From Eledone cirrhosa (lineage: Eukaryota), in the NCBI GenBank assembly GCA_964016885.1, contig OZ024764.1, forward strand, positions 19,406,001 through 19,470,000: a stretch of DNA of 64,000 nt, written 5' to 3'. Both the position numbers and the translations under genes were made by a program. Numbering within the stretch: position 1 is the first letter of the stretch; every line of letters starts with the position of its first letter. Shown one piece after another: positions 1 through 10,232 of the stretch. The notes under the pieces are model-generated. The model was given only the letters and a program-made list of their open reading frames with translations, had not been told where the DNA came from and did no database searches.

Positions 1-747
1 ACATCAGGGTCGGTCCTCAGCCCGCCCTTGTTCATTATAGGCCTCCAGCCATAAAAGAGGAGTTTAAGACTGGCTGCCCATGGGAACTTCTCTAGGCTGA
101 CGATGTGGTTCTTATAGCAGAATCAGTAGAGGAGCTAGAGAATAAATTCTGGCTATGGAAACCGCAGTTGGAAGCAAGAGGACTGAGAGTGAACCTAGCT
201 AAGACTAAAGTGTTGAGTAGAAAAGAGGACAAAACTCTCATTCCATCAGGGAAATGGCCTTTTTCAATATGTAGAAAAGGAACTGGCATAAATTCTATAA
301 TGTACACAATGCAGATTTTGGGTACACAAGAGATGTAGTGGGATAGCAGGCAAACTAACAGGTAGGGAAAACTACATATGCAGTAGATGTACAGAGAAAT
401 TTGACAGTAGAAGTCGCATTGATAGACACATTTTTCAAATGCAGGAAGGATCTACAGAGGTGGTTGATAGCTTCCGATACCTAGGTGATCAGAGGCCATA
501 GTATCTAGAATAAGGACGGGTTGGAAGACGTTTAGGGAGCTGCTTGCTCTGTTGACAAAGAAGGGTTTCTCCCTAAGAACGAATGGCTTGTGATGCCTGC
601 GTGAGATGTGTGATGCTGCACGGTAGTGAGACATGGACAGCAACTGCGGAGGATATGCAACGACTGGAGAGAAATGAAGCAAGTATGCTCCGTTGGATGT
701 GCAATGTCAATGTGCATCAATGACCAAGCATAGATGAGTTGAGAGAG
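1..747 (+). mobile_element. Degenerate RTE-clade LINE fragment (RT C-terminal half)
   Basis: Broken frames give HQGSVLSP..EEFKTGCPWELL*ADD, GLRVNLAKTKVL, SGKWP and HGSETW..RLERNEASMLRWMC, collinear with the RT at 13994-16345; stops and frameshifts present. Confidence 0.85.
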
Positions 748-1152
748 AATGCTCAACATGGCCATACCAGTGCATGTGTCTCCTGTGAAACACATCCTTG
801 AGGTTGTCGATCAGCAGTTTTTTTAAGAGCTCAGTTGAGCTGACATCATCCTCAATGGTCACACTACACATCCAGTGGATCATAGCTCTGTCATTTCTTC
901 AGAGTCAATTCAGACAGTCAGATAACATGGCCCAGGTCTCACTGGCATGAAACAACACACTTCTCCCACAGGTGTTATAAATCTGCCCCATGGTGTCTAA
1001 TGGTAGCCAGCATGTCTAGGAGAAGCTGCCTAAACTTGTTACCTGTGGAGTGGCACAGCACAATGGCAGTGAACTTGGCTCCACTTCCAGCTGACATGTC
1101 ACACAGGTAGCAGAAAGATGTCACCACATCCAGCTTGTCCTCACCAACAGGC
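748..1152 (-). mobile_element. Second, more divergent RTE-like LINE fragment (thumb/C-terminal region)
   Basis: Minus strand reads, across frameshifts, LDVVTSFCYL..QIYNTC..HASETWA..RNDRAMIHWMCSV..HWYGHVEH, motifs that match the RTE C-terminus. Confidence 0.7.
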
Positions 1153-1297
1153 CTCTAGTTATAAAGGTTATCATTGACCAACACTGACACCCCTCAGGGT
1201 AGACTGAACCAACACTTACACCCCCCAGGGTGGACTGAACCAACATTTACCACAGGTCTATAAATAACTGTATTACCCTATCATGATACTATAACAT

Positions 1298-1709
1298 TAT
1301 AAACCTAAAACTCTGTGATTGTGTCTTGTCTGTAATGTAATACAGCTAAAACGGGGCATAATGGGAAAATAGTTTGAAAGGAAGTTGACCCTGACATGGG
1401 AATACAAATGGGATAAAATAAGTTTCACGTAAATCAGAGCACAGGTCCCCAGGATATGGGTTTTTTCTGGTACCTTTATAAATAGAGAGAGAAAGATAAT
1501 GGGTGTGTGTGAGAGAGATAGCTGGTGGTGCTGTTGAACAAAGTTATAAAATTAGAACAAGTGACTTGTGTGTGTCTGTGACAGACATTCATATATATAT
1601 ATATATACTACTAATTTCATTTTACATTATATACATGTCTGTGTATATTTTAATTATTTAAAAATTATTTTTAAAGGGAACGTGATCCAACAGGTCACAG
1701 GTGTTCTAG
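1298..1709 (+). mobile_element. Non-autonomous Helitron, copy in module A
   Basis: 3' end GTGAtC-CAACA-GGTCAC hairpin then CTAG|T at 1706-1710; homologous to the intact copy at 24831-25226. The 5' end is degraded. Confidence 0.7.
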
Positions 1710-1767
1710 TAAGATTATAAATATAAACACACAAAAGATAGAATCTACTCAAACCTTAATATCTCAG

Positions 1768-1910
1768 ACCCCAGTAGATTACTGGAACTTTAATTTATCC
1801 ACTCCGTTAGAATGAAAGACAAAGTTAACTTTGGTGGGATTTGAACTCATAACATAAAGGGTTGAAATCCCGCCGAGGTTAGCTTTGCCCTTCATCTTTA
1901 CGGGGTTGAT
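1768..1910. mobile_element. Head-to-head pair of tRNA-derived SINE relics (also in copies B and C)
   Basis: B-box-like GAGTTCAAATCCC on minus (~1837-1849) and GGGTTGAAATCCC on plus (~1859-1871), each followed by a related ..CTTT(G)..TTCAT.. body. Confidence 0.55.
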
Positions 1911-2111
1911 TTAAGATCTTATAATAGTTTCTGATTAAGACACAAGGTCGACAATGTTTGGGGGGGAATAAGTTGATTAAATCAAACACAGTTACTGTGA
2001 GATCACTTCTTTGATAGTTTGTTTAAAAATAACTGATTCACAATTTACGTATGAAAAGTTGACAAAGATTTACAGGTGGTGTTATCAATAAATAGGGTCT
2101 TCAAAGTAGCA

Positions 2112-2469
2112 GGAAACGACTAGATTTATAGATAAAGAAGTGGGAGACAGGATTATCAGAGTTAAGAAGAGCTACACACTTCTCCAGTTGGCTGGGAAAT
2201 AATTACTTTTCCTTAATTTTATTTCTCGACCTCTTAGATGTTTGGAATCGACTTTTCTTCCTGAAAACTGAAACCCTAACCCTAATACTGGGGAATAAAA
2301 CGTCTATTGCAAGTATCGAAGGGGTCCAGAGAAAATATTGAAAAGGGGTCTAGAAAAAAATCTAAGAAAAATAATTATTTCCCACCCAACGTGAGGTGTG
2401 AGTAGATCTGTGAAACTACATCTCTTCATATACTTTCACCCTACTTTTTCTACAAATCTAGTCGTTTCC
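2112..2469. mobile_element. MITE / non-autonomous TIR element, copy A
   Basis: GGAAACGACTAGATTT(A/G)TAGA ... TCTACAAATCTAGTCGTTTCC terminal inverted repeats, internal imperfect inverted arms, central CCCTAACCCTAA. Confidence 0.75.
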
Positions 2470-2625
2470 GTAAGGGTACCTGGTTATCTCAGCACCTTAG
2501 CCTCACCTTACTGAGGCGTCAGGTGATACCCGTGAGGGTTCCTGGTTATTTAAGCACCTTAGCCACACCTTACCGAGGTGTCAGGTGATACCCGTGAGGG
2601 TACCTGGTTATTTCAACACCTTAGT
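2468..2625. repeat. 62-bp minisatellite, ~2.5 units
   Basis: CCGTGAGGGTACCTGGTTATT..CACCTTAGCCTCACCTTACTGAGGTGTCAGGTGATAC repeated with period 62. Confidence 0.9.
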
Positions 2626-3156
2626 AATGCTGCCAGTGTGTTGGCTTGCCTCAAAGTGTGTAGTTAACCCCTAAGGTGTGAGGTGTGGCCTATTATCACA
2701 CTTGGTGGTCAATTGCCATCTCCCACTGTGTTTTTCTTTCCTTTATCATTATTGTTCAATAAATTATATTATTATACACAGTTTAGACAATATATTTTTA
2801 ATGTCTTTCTCAAGGAATTGCCAGCAATTTATAATGTTATTTACACACTTATGTTATTTATGTATATATTGAAAACATATTTACAACGTTATTCTACTGT
2901 AAATTTATACAATTGTAATAAAATATATTAATTATATCATCACATAATATAAAAACGACCTTTAGAATATTTAAATATTTAGTTTTGTTAATTTATTTTT
3001 CAGCAACAACAAAAGTTTTCACTTTAATTAATTAGAGGTAGGTAAAATATAGATAATTACGATAACATTTTATATTTCCAGTAATGAAACAAACAAGAAA
3101 ATATATATTTGTGATGTGAAAAGTGAGCTTAAATCTACAATATTAATAGACATAAT

Positions 3157-3300
3157 ACTTACATTATAGTCTCAGGTGTTTAGTATTTACAGAAATGTTT
3201 TCTAAATGATATTGTAGGAAGACTAACACGTGGACAGGAAGTCGACAACTGCACCACTGCGCATGCTTCAATGTCAAAGGTCAAGTTTTTGTGTGACGTA
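3157..3300. promoter_or_regulatory. Putative promoter plus short minus-strand first exon, copy A
   Basis: CACGTG (3227), CAGGAAGT (3235), TGCGCATGC (3258) and TGACGT (3294) cluster within 75 bp of AT-rich DNA; minus-strand donor GTAAGT at 3162-3157. Confidence 0.6.
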
Positions 3301-3343
3301 AATATTTTTACCGAATTAAATTATGTAAAGTTTGTAATAAAAA

Positions 3344-3591
3344 CGTGGGTATGGTGTGGCGTGCGGTGGCCGGAAGCGGGGGATTGCCCGACCGGAAGGG
3401 TGCTTGGCCGGAAGGATGCTCGACCGGAAGGGCCAGCAGATGGCGCTCTCTAGTGGTGACCAGCAACGGTGTAGACGCGAGTTTTGGCATCTCCCGGTGT
3501 TAAGGAGTTGGACGCACGTGGGAGAGGAGAGACCAGCAGTGGAAGTTAGCGGCGCCTATGAAAAGCGGTGAGATAGCTTTTTCTAACCACA
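3344..3591 (+). repeat. 5' LTR
   Basis: (c)GTGGG...AACCACA; direct repeat of 7185-7434. Confidence 0.9.
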
Positions 3592-3603
3592 AGCTATTTC
3601 GGC
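3592..3603 (+). promoter_or_regulatory. Putative non-canonical primer-binding site (complement of tRNA-Phe nt 1-12)
   Basis: AGCTATTTCGGC abuts the LTR-terminal CA; its reverse complement GCCGAAATAGCT is the 5' end of metazoan tRNA-Phe(GAA). Confidence 0.6.
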
Positions 3604-3711
3604 ACTGGAAACTGAGATCTGATTGAAAAAAAATAAATAAATAAAGCTACTGGAAAAACAGAGAGGAGTCTGTTGTTTTTTTTTATCACGTACCGCAAGA
3701 CAAATTAGAAG

Positions 3712-4386
3712 ATGGCGTCAAGACTACGAACAAGCGAAGCTATCAGGGCATTTACCGGGGTAGGTGTTGTCGCTTGGCTGCGAAAAGTCCGGCTGGTCGC
3801 AAGCTTGCAGAAGATAGAAGATGTGGCTGGCCTCATGGCACTGTACCTCGAGGGGGACACGTTGGTACTCTTCCTTGAGTTGGACGAACACAGCGAAAGA
3901 GATGCGCAAAAGATTGAGAGGCGCATGATGGAAGCGTTCGCAGAGGCACCGTTAGCCGCTTTCGCTAAGCTGGCAAGAATTAGATGGAACGGTGAACACG
4001 TTGATATTTTCGCAGCGGAAATACGGCGATTGGCCATGTTGGCTGGATATCAGGTGGAATGCGAATGCACGGTGCGGTTGGCGTTCATAAATGGATTTCC
4101 AGACGACATAGCGGTGAAACTGCAGCAAGTCCCGGGTTACAAAGAAATGGAAATGCATTCACTGGTGGAACAAGCCCGGATTATAGCAGAAGATGCCAAG
4201 AAGAGTGTTGCAGCGATAGCAACTACAGAGGCTCAAGACAGCTGGCAGCGAAATGGTGAAAGGGAGGCAACCACGGCACGCGGCCGCCCGCGAACGTTTA
4301 GAGGTCGCTGTTTTTGGTGCCAGGGACCGCACATGGCTAGAGACTGCAGAGAGTCAAGGCTGGAAATAATATGCTACCGGTATTAA
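3712..4386 (+). CDS. gag: Gag-like protein of the LTR element
   Basis: 224-aa ORF with W..K..LVA, ALYLEG, LAFINGFP and zinc knuckle CFWCQGPHMARDC; second knuckle truncated (ICYRY*). Confidence 0.8.
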   Translation: MASRLRTSEAIRAFTGVGVVAWLRKVRLVASLQKIEDVAGLMALYLEGDTLVLFLELDEHSERDAQKIERRMMEAFAEAPLAAFAKLARIRWNGEHVDIFAAEIRRLAMLAGYQVECECTVRLAFINGFPDDIAVKLQQVPGYKEMEMHSLVEQARIIAEDAKKSVAAIATTEAQDSWQRNGEREATTARGRPRTFRGRCFWCQGPHMARDCRESRLEIICYRY

Positions 4387-4439
4387 CTGCGACCAGGGAA
4401 ACAATCCAAGGGGAACTACTGCGCCGGTAGTTTCCCCTT

Positions 4440-7169
4440 ACGAGTAGAGGCGCTGCCCGTGGTGGAAGTCTTCGTGAGGGGAAAGCCACAGCGAGCACTC
4501 GTGGACACGGGCTGTTTGACGACACTGATGGCGCAGGGGTGGAGAGGGAAGAGCAGTGTAAGGGCAGTCGACGGCAGGAAAATTGAATGCTGAGGTCGCA
4601 GCGAGATGGAAATAGCGGTACGGGGAAGGAAAGTAAGGTGGATGGGATTGGCGTGGTTATGGGCATGGACGCAATTGGCCGTCTAAGAGGCGTCACAGTG
4701 AACAACGTCGGTGTGCCGTTTAGCGCCGCTACATCGGTATGCGCTGTGAGTGCGCGACAGGAGAACCAGAAGGCCCACGAGGAGAAATACCCCGCTTACA
4801 CTGTGCAGGACAAAGACTTCAAGGCCGTGTGCAATGGGTTGTTGAGTGGTACTGGAAGGGAGAACCACCAACACTGAAGACCAAAGTGGGCTGCTATCAA
4901 CACACATTGAAAGGAAACTATTAGGAGCGAGTTCGAGCGAGAGGTAGAGAGATGGATTGAGGAGGGCATACTGCTTCCCTGGAAAGAGGAGGTGAAGTGC
5001 AGAGTATTGCCGTTAATGGCGGTGGCGCAACCCACGAAGAACAAGGTGAGGCCGGTGCTGGACTTTCGGGAGCTGAACGAGCACCTGTCATGCCACACGG
5101 GTGGCGAGGTCACGGATGTCTGTGGGGAAACCCTGCGTGAGTGGAGATGCATGACGGGGGGTTCAGCAATCGTAGATCTAAAGTCGGCTTACTTGCAATT
5201 GCATATAGATGAGAAGCTCTGGCAGTATCAGCTGGTCAGGTATAAGGGCCGGACATATTGCCTGACCAAGCTCGGATTCGGGCTGAGCTCCGCACCGAAG
5301 ATCATGGCGGCGGTCCTCAAGACCATTCTGGGAAAGGCCGACAAGATGAAGTGGGCCACTAACTCCTATATTGACGACATCCTAGTGGACGAGTCTGTGG
5401 TGGCGGCGGAGGTCACGAGCCATTTACAGGGGTATGGACTGGCTGCGAAGCCGTCAGAAGCGTTGGAGGGAGGAGCCGCGCTGGGACTTAGGCTACGGCG
5501 AGACAGGACGGGCGTCTTGGTATTCCAGAGGGGAAACGAAGTTCCAGAACTGGGCCCAAGTATGAGTAGGCGGGAGCTTTTCTCGGTGTGTGGAAAGTTG
5601 GTGGGTCACTACCCGATTGCTGGGTGGCTCCGGACGGCATGCAGCTATGTCAAGAGACGAGCGGGAGGGGTGACTTGGAGTGACAGAGCGGGAGAGAGGA
5701 TGGTGGCCATGATGCAGGAGATCGTGGGGAGGGTGAAGGCCGACGACCCAGTGCGGCGACGCTGGTATGTTCCCAAATCACAGAGCGGGACCGTATGGTG
5801 CGATGCCAGCAGCATAGCGCTGGGTGTCACGTTGGAGATAGGAGGTGTTGAGGTCGAGAATGCATCAATGTGGCCGAACTGGACGCAGTGTTGAGAGGGG
5901 TGAACCTCGCCCTGAGGTGGGGACTGCGCACCATCGAGAAATGCACCGACTCGGCTACTGTACTCGGATGGGTGAGATCAGTGCTCACCAGTGAGAAGAG
6001 AGGCGCGGCGGAGATGCTGATAAAGCGCCGCCTGGGAACTTTAGGAGAGCTGGCCACCGAGTTCGTTCTGAGGCTGAGCGTAGTTTTCGTGCCCTCAGAG
6101 AAAAATAGGGTGGACATCTTAACTAGGGTGAAGAAAGCCTGGATGGAAGCGCCGGAGGAGGTAGAAGATGAGATAGCTGCCGTGTGTCGGCTGACCGAGT
6201 CGGATCTGAAAGGGTTGCATGACATGCACCACATGGGAGTGGATAGGAGCCTGTTCCTAGCCAGGAGAATCGACTCGGACGTTAACAGTCTCAGTGTTCA
6301 AAGGGTGGTTAGAGGCTGCGTCCGATGCCAGTCCATTGATTCCGCCCCGGGTGTACACGAAACGGGAAGCCTCCCAGTGGATCGCGACTGGAAGCGATTG
6401 GCGGTGGATGTAACGCACTACCGACAGGGAACATACCTCTCGATGGTCAACTGTGGACCAGGACGGATGGCGATATGGAGGGAGATGAAGACTGGAACGG
6501 CCGAGGAAATCATGCGGGCGTTGAGAGGTGTTCTTGGAGCGGGGCCCTGTGGACGAACTGCTGATGGACAACGGCGCAGCGTTCCACTCGGAGGCACTGA
6601 GGGAGATGCTCGACGGATGGAAGGTGGACGTTTCTTCAGAGCGGCGCACAGGCCGAGCGGGAATGGAATCGTGGAGCGACACCACCGGACGATCAAGGCA
6701 ATAGCGGAGCGGGGCCATATCTCACCAATGGAGGCAGTGTTCTGGTACAATGTCCCCTCGGGTTGGACAGGTCGAGGAATCGGTGCCACATAGAGCAGTA
6801 TTCAAATACGAGTGGCGGCACCCGTGCACGCCACCACAACGGCCAGTGGGGAGAGAGAGTGCATTCGTGCAGGTAGGCGAAGAAGTCTGGGTTAAGCCCC
6901 CAGATGCACGTTGCACATCTCAATGGGGAAGGGGAACAGTGACGGCCGTAAATTCAAAGAAAAATGTGTCCGTGGACGGGGTGCCACGTCATGTCCTGGA
7001 CGTAAGAAGAATCACTGTGTCGACGGACTCCGAGGAAGAGGAAACCCAAGATGAGGTGGGAACCCAGAGCTCTGCCCCAATACTACGAAGATCTCAACGA
7101 AGTCGTAGACCACCGACCTGGACAGCAGACTTTCATATGCAGAGGGACGAGGGGGAAATTGATCCTTGA
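4440..7169 (+). pseudogene. pol: pol (aspartic protease, RT, RNase H, integrase) split by frameshifts
   Basis: ALVDTG (D at 4504); ORF 4992-5894 RPVLDFRELN, VDLKSAYLQ, LGFGLSSAP, YIDD, WCDASS; ORF 5870-6793 AELDAV, TDS, H..HH..C..C, LAVDVTHY, GNGIVERHHRTIK; ORF 6750-7169 integrase C-terminal part. Confidence 0.88.
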
Positions 7170-7184
7170 GATCAGGGGGGGGCG

Positions 7185-7434
7185 TGTGGGTATGGTGTGG
7201 CGTGCGGTGGCCTGAGGCGGGGGAATGCTCGACCGGAAGGTGTTTGGCTGGAAGGATGCTCGACCGGAAGGGCCAGCAGAGGGCCTCTCTCTAGTGGTGA
7301 CCAGCAAACGGTGTGGACGCGAGTTTTGGGCAGCTCCCGGTGTTAAGCAGATGGACGCACGTGGAAGAGGAGTAACCTGCAGTGGAATTTAACGGCGCCT
7401 GTGAAAAGCGGTGAGATAGCTTTTTCTAACCACA
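7185..7434 (+). repeat. 3' LTR, preceded by polypurine tract
   Basis: TGTGG...CCACA inverted termini; AGGGGGGGG at 7174-7182. Confidence 0.9.
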
Positions 7435-7438
7435 CATT

Positions 7439-7893
7439 CTAAACCTAAAACTCTGTGATTGTGTCTTGTCTGTAATGTAATACAGCCAAAACGGGGCATA
7501 ACGGGAAAATAGTTTGAAAGGAAGTTGACCCTGAAATGGGAACACAAACGGGATAAAATAAGTTTCACGTAGATCAGAGCACAGGTTCCCGAGATATGGG
7601 TTTTTCTGGTACCTTCATAAATAGAGAGAGAAAGATAATGGGTGTGTGAGTGAGAGAGCTGTTGGTGTTGTTGAACGAAATTTTTAAATTATAACAAGCG
7701 ACTTGTGTGTGTGTCTGTGACATATATATATACACACACACACACATATATATATACACACACGCATATATATATATATACATGGGCCTACCTACTAAAT
7801 TCATTTTACATTATAGACATGTCTGTGTATATTTTAATTATTTAAAAATTATTTTTAAAGGGAACGTCACCCAACAGGTCACAGGGTTTCTAG
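7439..7893 (+). mobile_element. Non-autonomous Helitron, copy in module B
   Basis: Hairpin remnant and CTAG|T at 7890-7894; internal (CA)n/(TA)n. Confidence 0.7.
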
Positions 7894-8296
7894 TAAGATT
7901 ATAAATACAAACACACAAAAAGATAGAATCAACTCAAACGTTTAATATCTCAGACCTCAGTAGATTACTGGAACTTTAATTTATCCACCCCGTTAGAATG
8001 AAAGACAAAGTTAACTTTGGTGGGATTTGAACTCATAACATAAAGGGTTGAAATCCCGCCGAGGTTAGCTTTGCCCTTCATCTTTACGGGGTTGATTTAA
8101 GATCTAATAATAGTTTCTGATTTAGACACAAGGTCGACAATGTTTGGGGGGAATAAGTTGATTAAATCAAACACAGTTACTGTGAGATCACTTCTTTGAT
8201 AGTTTGTTTAAAAATAACTGATTCACAATTTACGTATGAAAAGTTGACAAAGATTTACAAGTGGTGTTATCAATAAATAGGGTCTTCAAAGTAGCA

Positions 8297-8650
8297 GGAA
8301 ACGACTAGATTTGTAGATAAAGAAGTGGGAGACAGGATTATCGGAGTTTAGAAGAGCTACACACTTCTCCAGTTGGCTGGGAAATAATTATCTTTCCTTA
8401 TTATTTTTCTCGACCTCTTAGATGTTTGGAACCGACTTTTCTTCCTGAAAACGGAAACCCTTACCCTAATACTGGGGAATAAAACGTCTATTGCAAGTAT
8501 CTAAGGGGTCCAGGGAAAATATTGAAAAGGGGTCTAGAAAAAAATCTAAGAAAAATAATTATTTCCCACCCAACGTAAGGTGTGAGTAGATCTGTGAAAC
8601 ATCTCTTCGTATACTTTCACCCTACTTTTTCTACAAATCTAGTCGTTTCC
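8297..8650. mobile_element. MITE, copy B
   Basis: Perfect 21-bp TIR GGAAACGACTAGATTTGTAGA / TCTACAAATCTAGTCGTTTCC. Confidence 0.78.
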
Positions 8651-8875
8651 GTGAGGGTACCTGGTTATTTAAGCACCTTAGCTTCACCTTACTGAGGTGT
8701 TAGGTGATACCCGTGAGGGTACCTGGTTATTTAAGCACCTTAGCCTCATGATACTGAGGTGTCAGGTGATACCCGTGAGGGTACCTGGTTATTTCAGCAC
8801 CTTAGCCTCACCTTACTGAGGTGTCAGGTGATACCCGTGAGGGTACCTGGTTATTTCAGCACCTTAGCCTCACCA
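8649..8875. repeat. 62-bp minisatellite, ~3.6 units
   Basis: CCGTGAG at 8649, 8711, 8773, 8835. Confidence 0.9.
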
Positions 8876-8988
8876 TCTGGTATTGCTGCCAGTGTGTTGG
8901 CTTGCCTCAAAGTGTGTAGTTAACCCCTAAGGTGTGAGGTAAAATATAGATAATTACCATAACATTTTATATATCCAATAATGAAACA

Positions 8989-9688
8989 CCATATCAATTG
9001 CTCCAATGCAGTTTATCATCTCGCCAAACTTGTTGGCACCAACTCTCTATCGCCAAAGACTGCAATATAAGATTGAAATAAAGCAGCTCTTGTACCATGT
9101 TGGCTCTCGTCGATCTAGACAATGATGGACTCACCATTGTCATCGAAGCCTCCAAGTTGTTGGCGATTTTCCTCCAAATATTGCTCGCAAATGTCTCGAG
9201 TAAAATTGCACCAGTCAATAATTGTCGGTTGGGAGACTCCCGTTTCTCGAATCATCTCAGCTTGTGTATAATTGTAGCACCACGTGTATAAAATAAAAAT
9301 AAGGTGGTCGAGTGGCACATGGCTTCCTTGAAAAAAACAATTATGTCGCACTGCTTGGGAGACATTGTCGGGGTTACATCGCCATCTCCATTTCTTGTGA
9401 GTCTCAGAATAATGGTTTAATGTGCAGGTTTCATTACAAACAGGACAATTGACACTGTCACTGCCGTCTTACCAGCCACTCTAACATAGATTGTCACCGT
9501 GTATGACAGGTATAAGAGTAACAAGTGTAATATTCTCATTAACGATGTCATTTACATCCAAAACATCAACTAACGTAGTGCCAGCCCGTAGTCGTCCAAC
9601 CAGTTTTTGTATTCAGATAAACAATAGTTTTTAATGAATCGAAAATGAAAATAAATTTCATTTCTGACGTGAGACTTAAGGTTGAGCG
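8989..9688 (-). mobile_element. Internally deleted Merlin/ISXO2 (IS1595-like) transposase fragment
   Basis: Absent from copies A and C. Minus strand gives CPVC..WRWRC, FFQGSHVPL..TIIDWCNFTRDIC..LGG..IV*IDES, then jumps to C-terminal HGT..LFQSYI. Confidence 0.7.
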
Positions 9689-9750
9689 AAGAAAATATAT
9701 ATTTGTGATGTGAAAAGTGAGCTTAAATCTACAATATTAATAGACATAAT

Positions 9751-9882
9751 ACTTACATTATAGTTTCAGGTGTTTAGTATTTACAGAAATGTTTTCTAAA
9801 TGTTGTTGTAGGAAGACTAACACGTGGACAGGAAGTCGACAACTGCACCACTGCGCATGCTTCAATGTTTTTTTGTGACGTA
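9751..9882. promoter_or_regulatory. Putative promoter plus minus-strand first exon, copy B
   Basis: CACGTG 9821, CAGGAAGT, TGCGCATGC, TGACGT 9876; minus donor GTAAGT 9756-9751; candidate plus-strand donors near 9968 and 10019. Confidence 0.6.
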
Positions 9883-10232
9883 AAAATATTTTTACCGAAT
9901 TAAATTACGTAAAGTTTGTAATAATAAAATGAAGTTGAAAACAGTAAATGTAATTAAAATAGAGAAAGTAAGGTGTTGGTGGTGAGGAATGGACGGTAGA
10001 CGTTTTACCTCAGTCTAGGTAGTGTATTTTACCTGTGTCACTCGGACAATAGCCAGCGATGACCACTACACCAACCACTCTCTCCTTCAGATGGTGTCCA
10101 CTTTCGTGAGTCTGTAGAATAACAGGGCAGTTGGAAGACAGAGGACAGCAGAAGAGGTCTTGACTTGAAAAGAGTATCACTTGATACCTCTATATAACCT
10201 GTTGGTAGAAATAGTAGGGTGCTGGATCAATC

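Larger units (their letters stand above)
1263..3343. repeat. Segmental-duplication module, copy A
   Basis: Near-identical by eye to 7435-9925 and to 13269-13600 plus 17640-19330; ends at the 5' LTR. Confidence 0.9.
3344..7434 (+). mobile_element. Compact LTR retrotransposon, Ty3/gypsy domain order (gag-PR-RT-RH-IN), frameshifted
   Basis: Two ~250-bp LTRs, purine tract before the 3' LTR, GC-rich internal ORFs with CCHC knuckle, LVDTG, YIDD, WCDASS and integrase motifs; no TSD. Confidence 0.92.

Noticed and set aside
2270-2286. Telomeric repeat CCCTAACCCTAA
   Set aside because: Only about two units, internal to the MITE.
2678-2931. Short ORFs repeated at 18683-18931
   Set aside because: Low-complexity AT-rich frames with non-ATG starts; conserved only because of the duplication and deleted in copy B.
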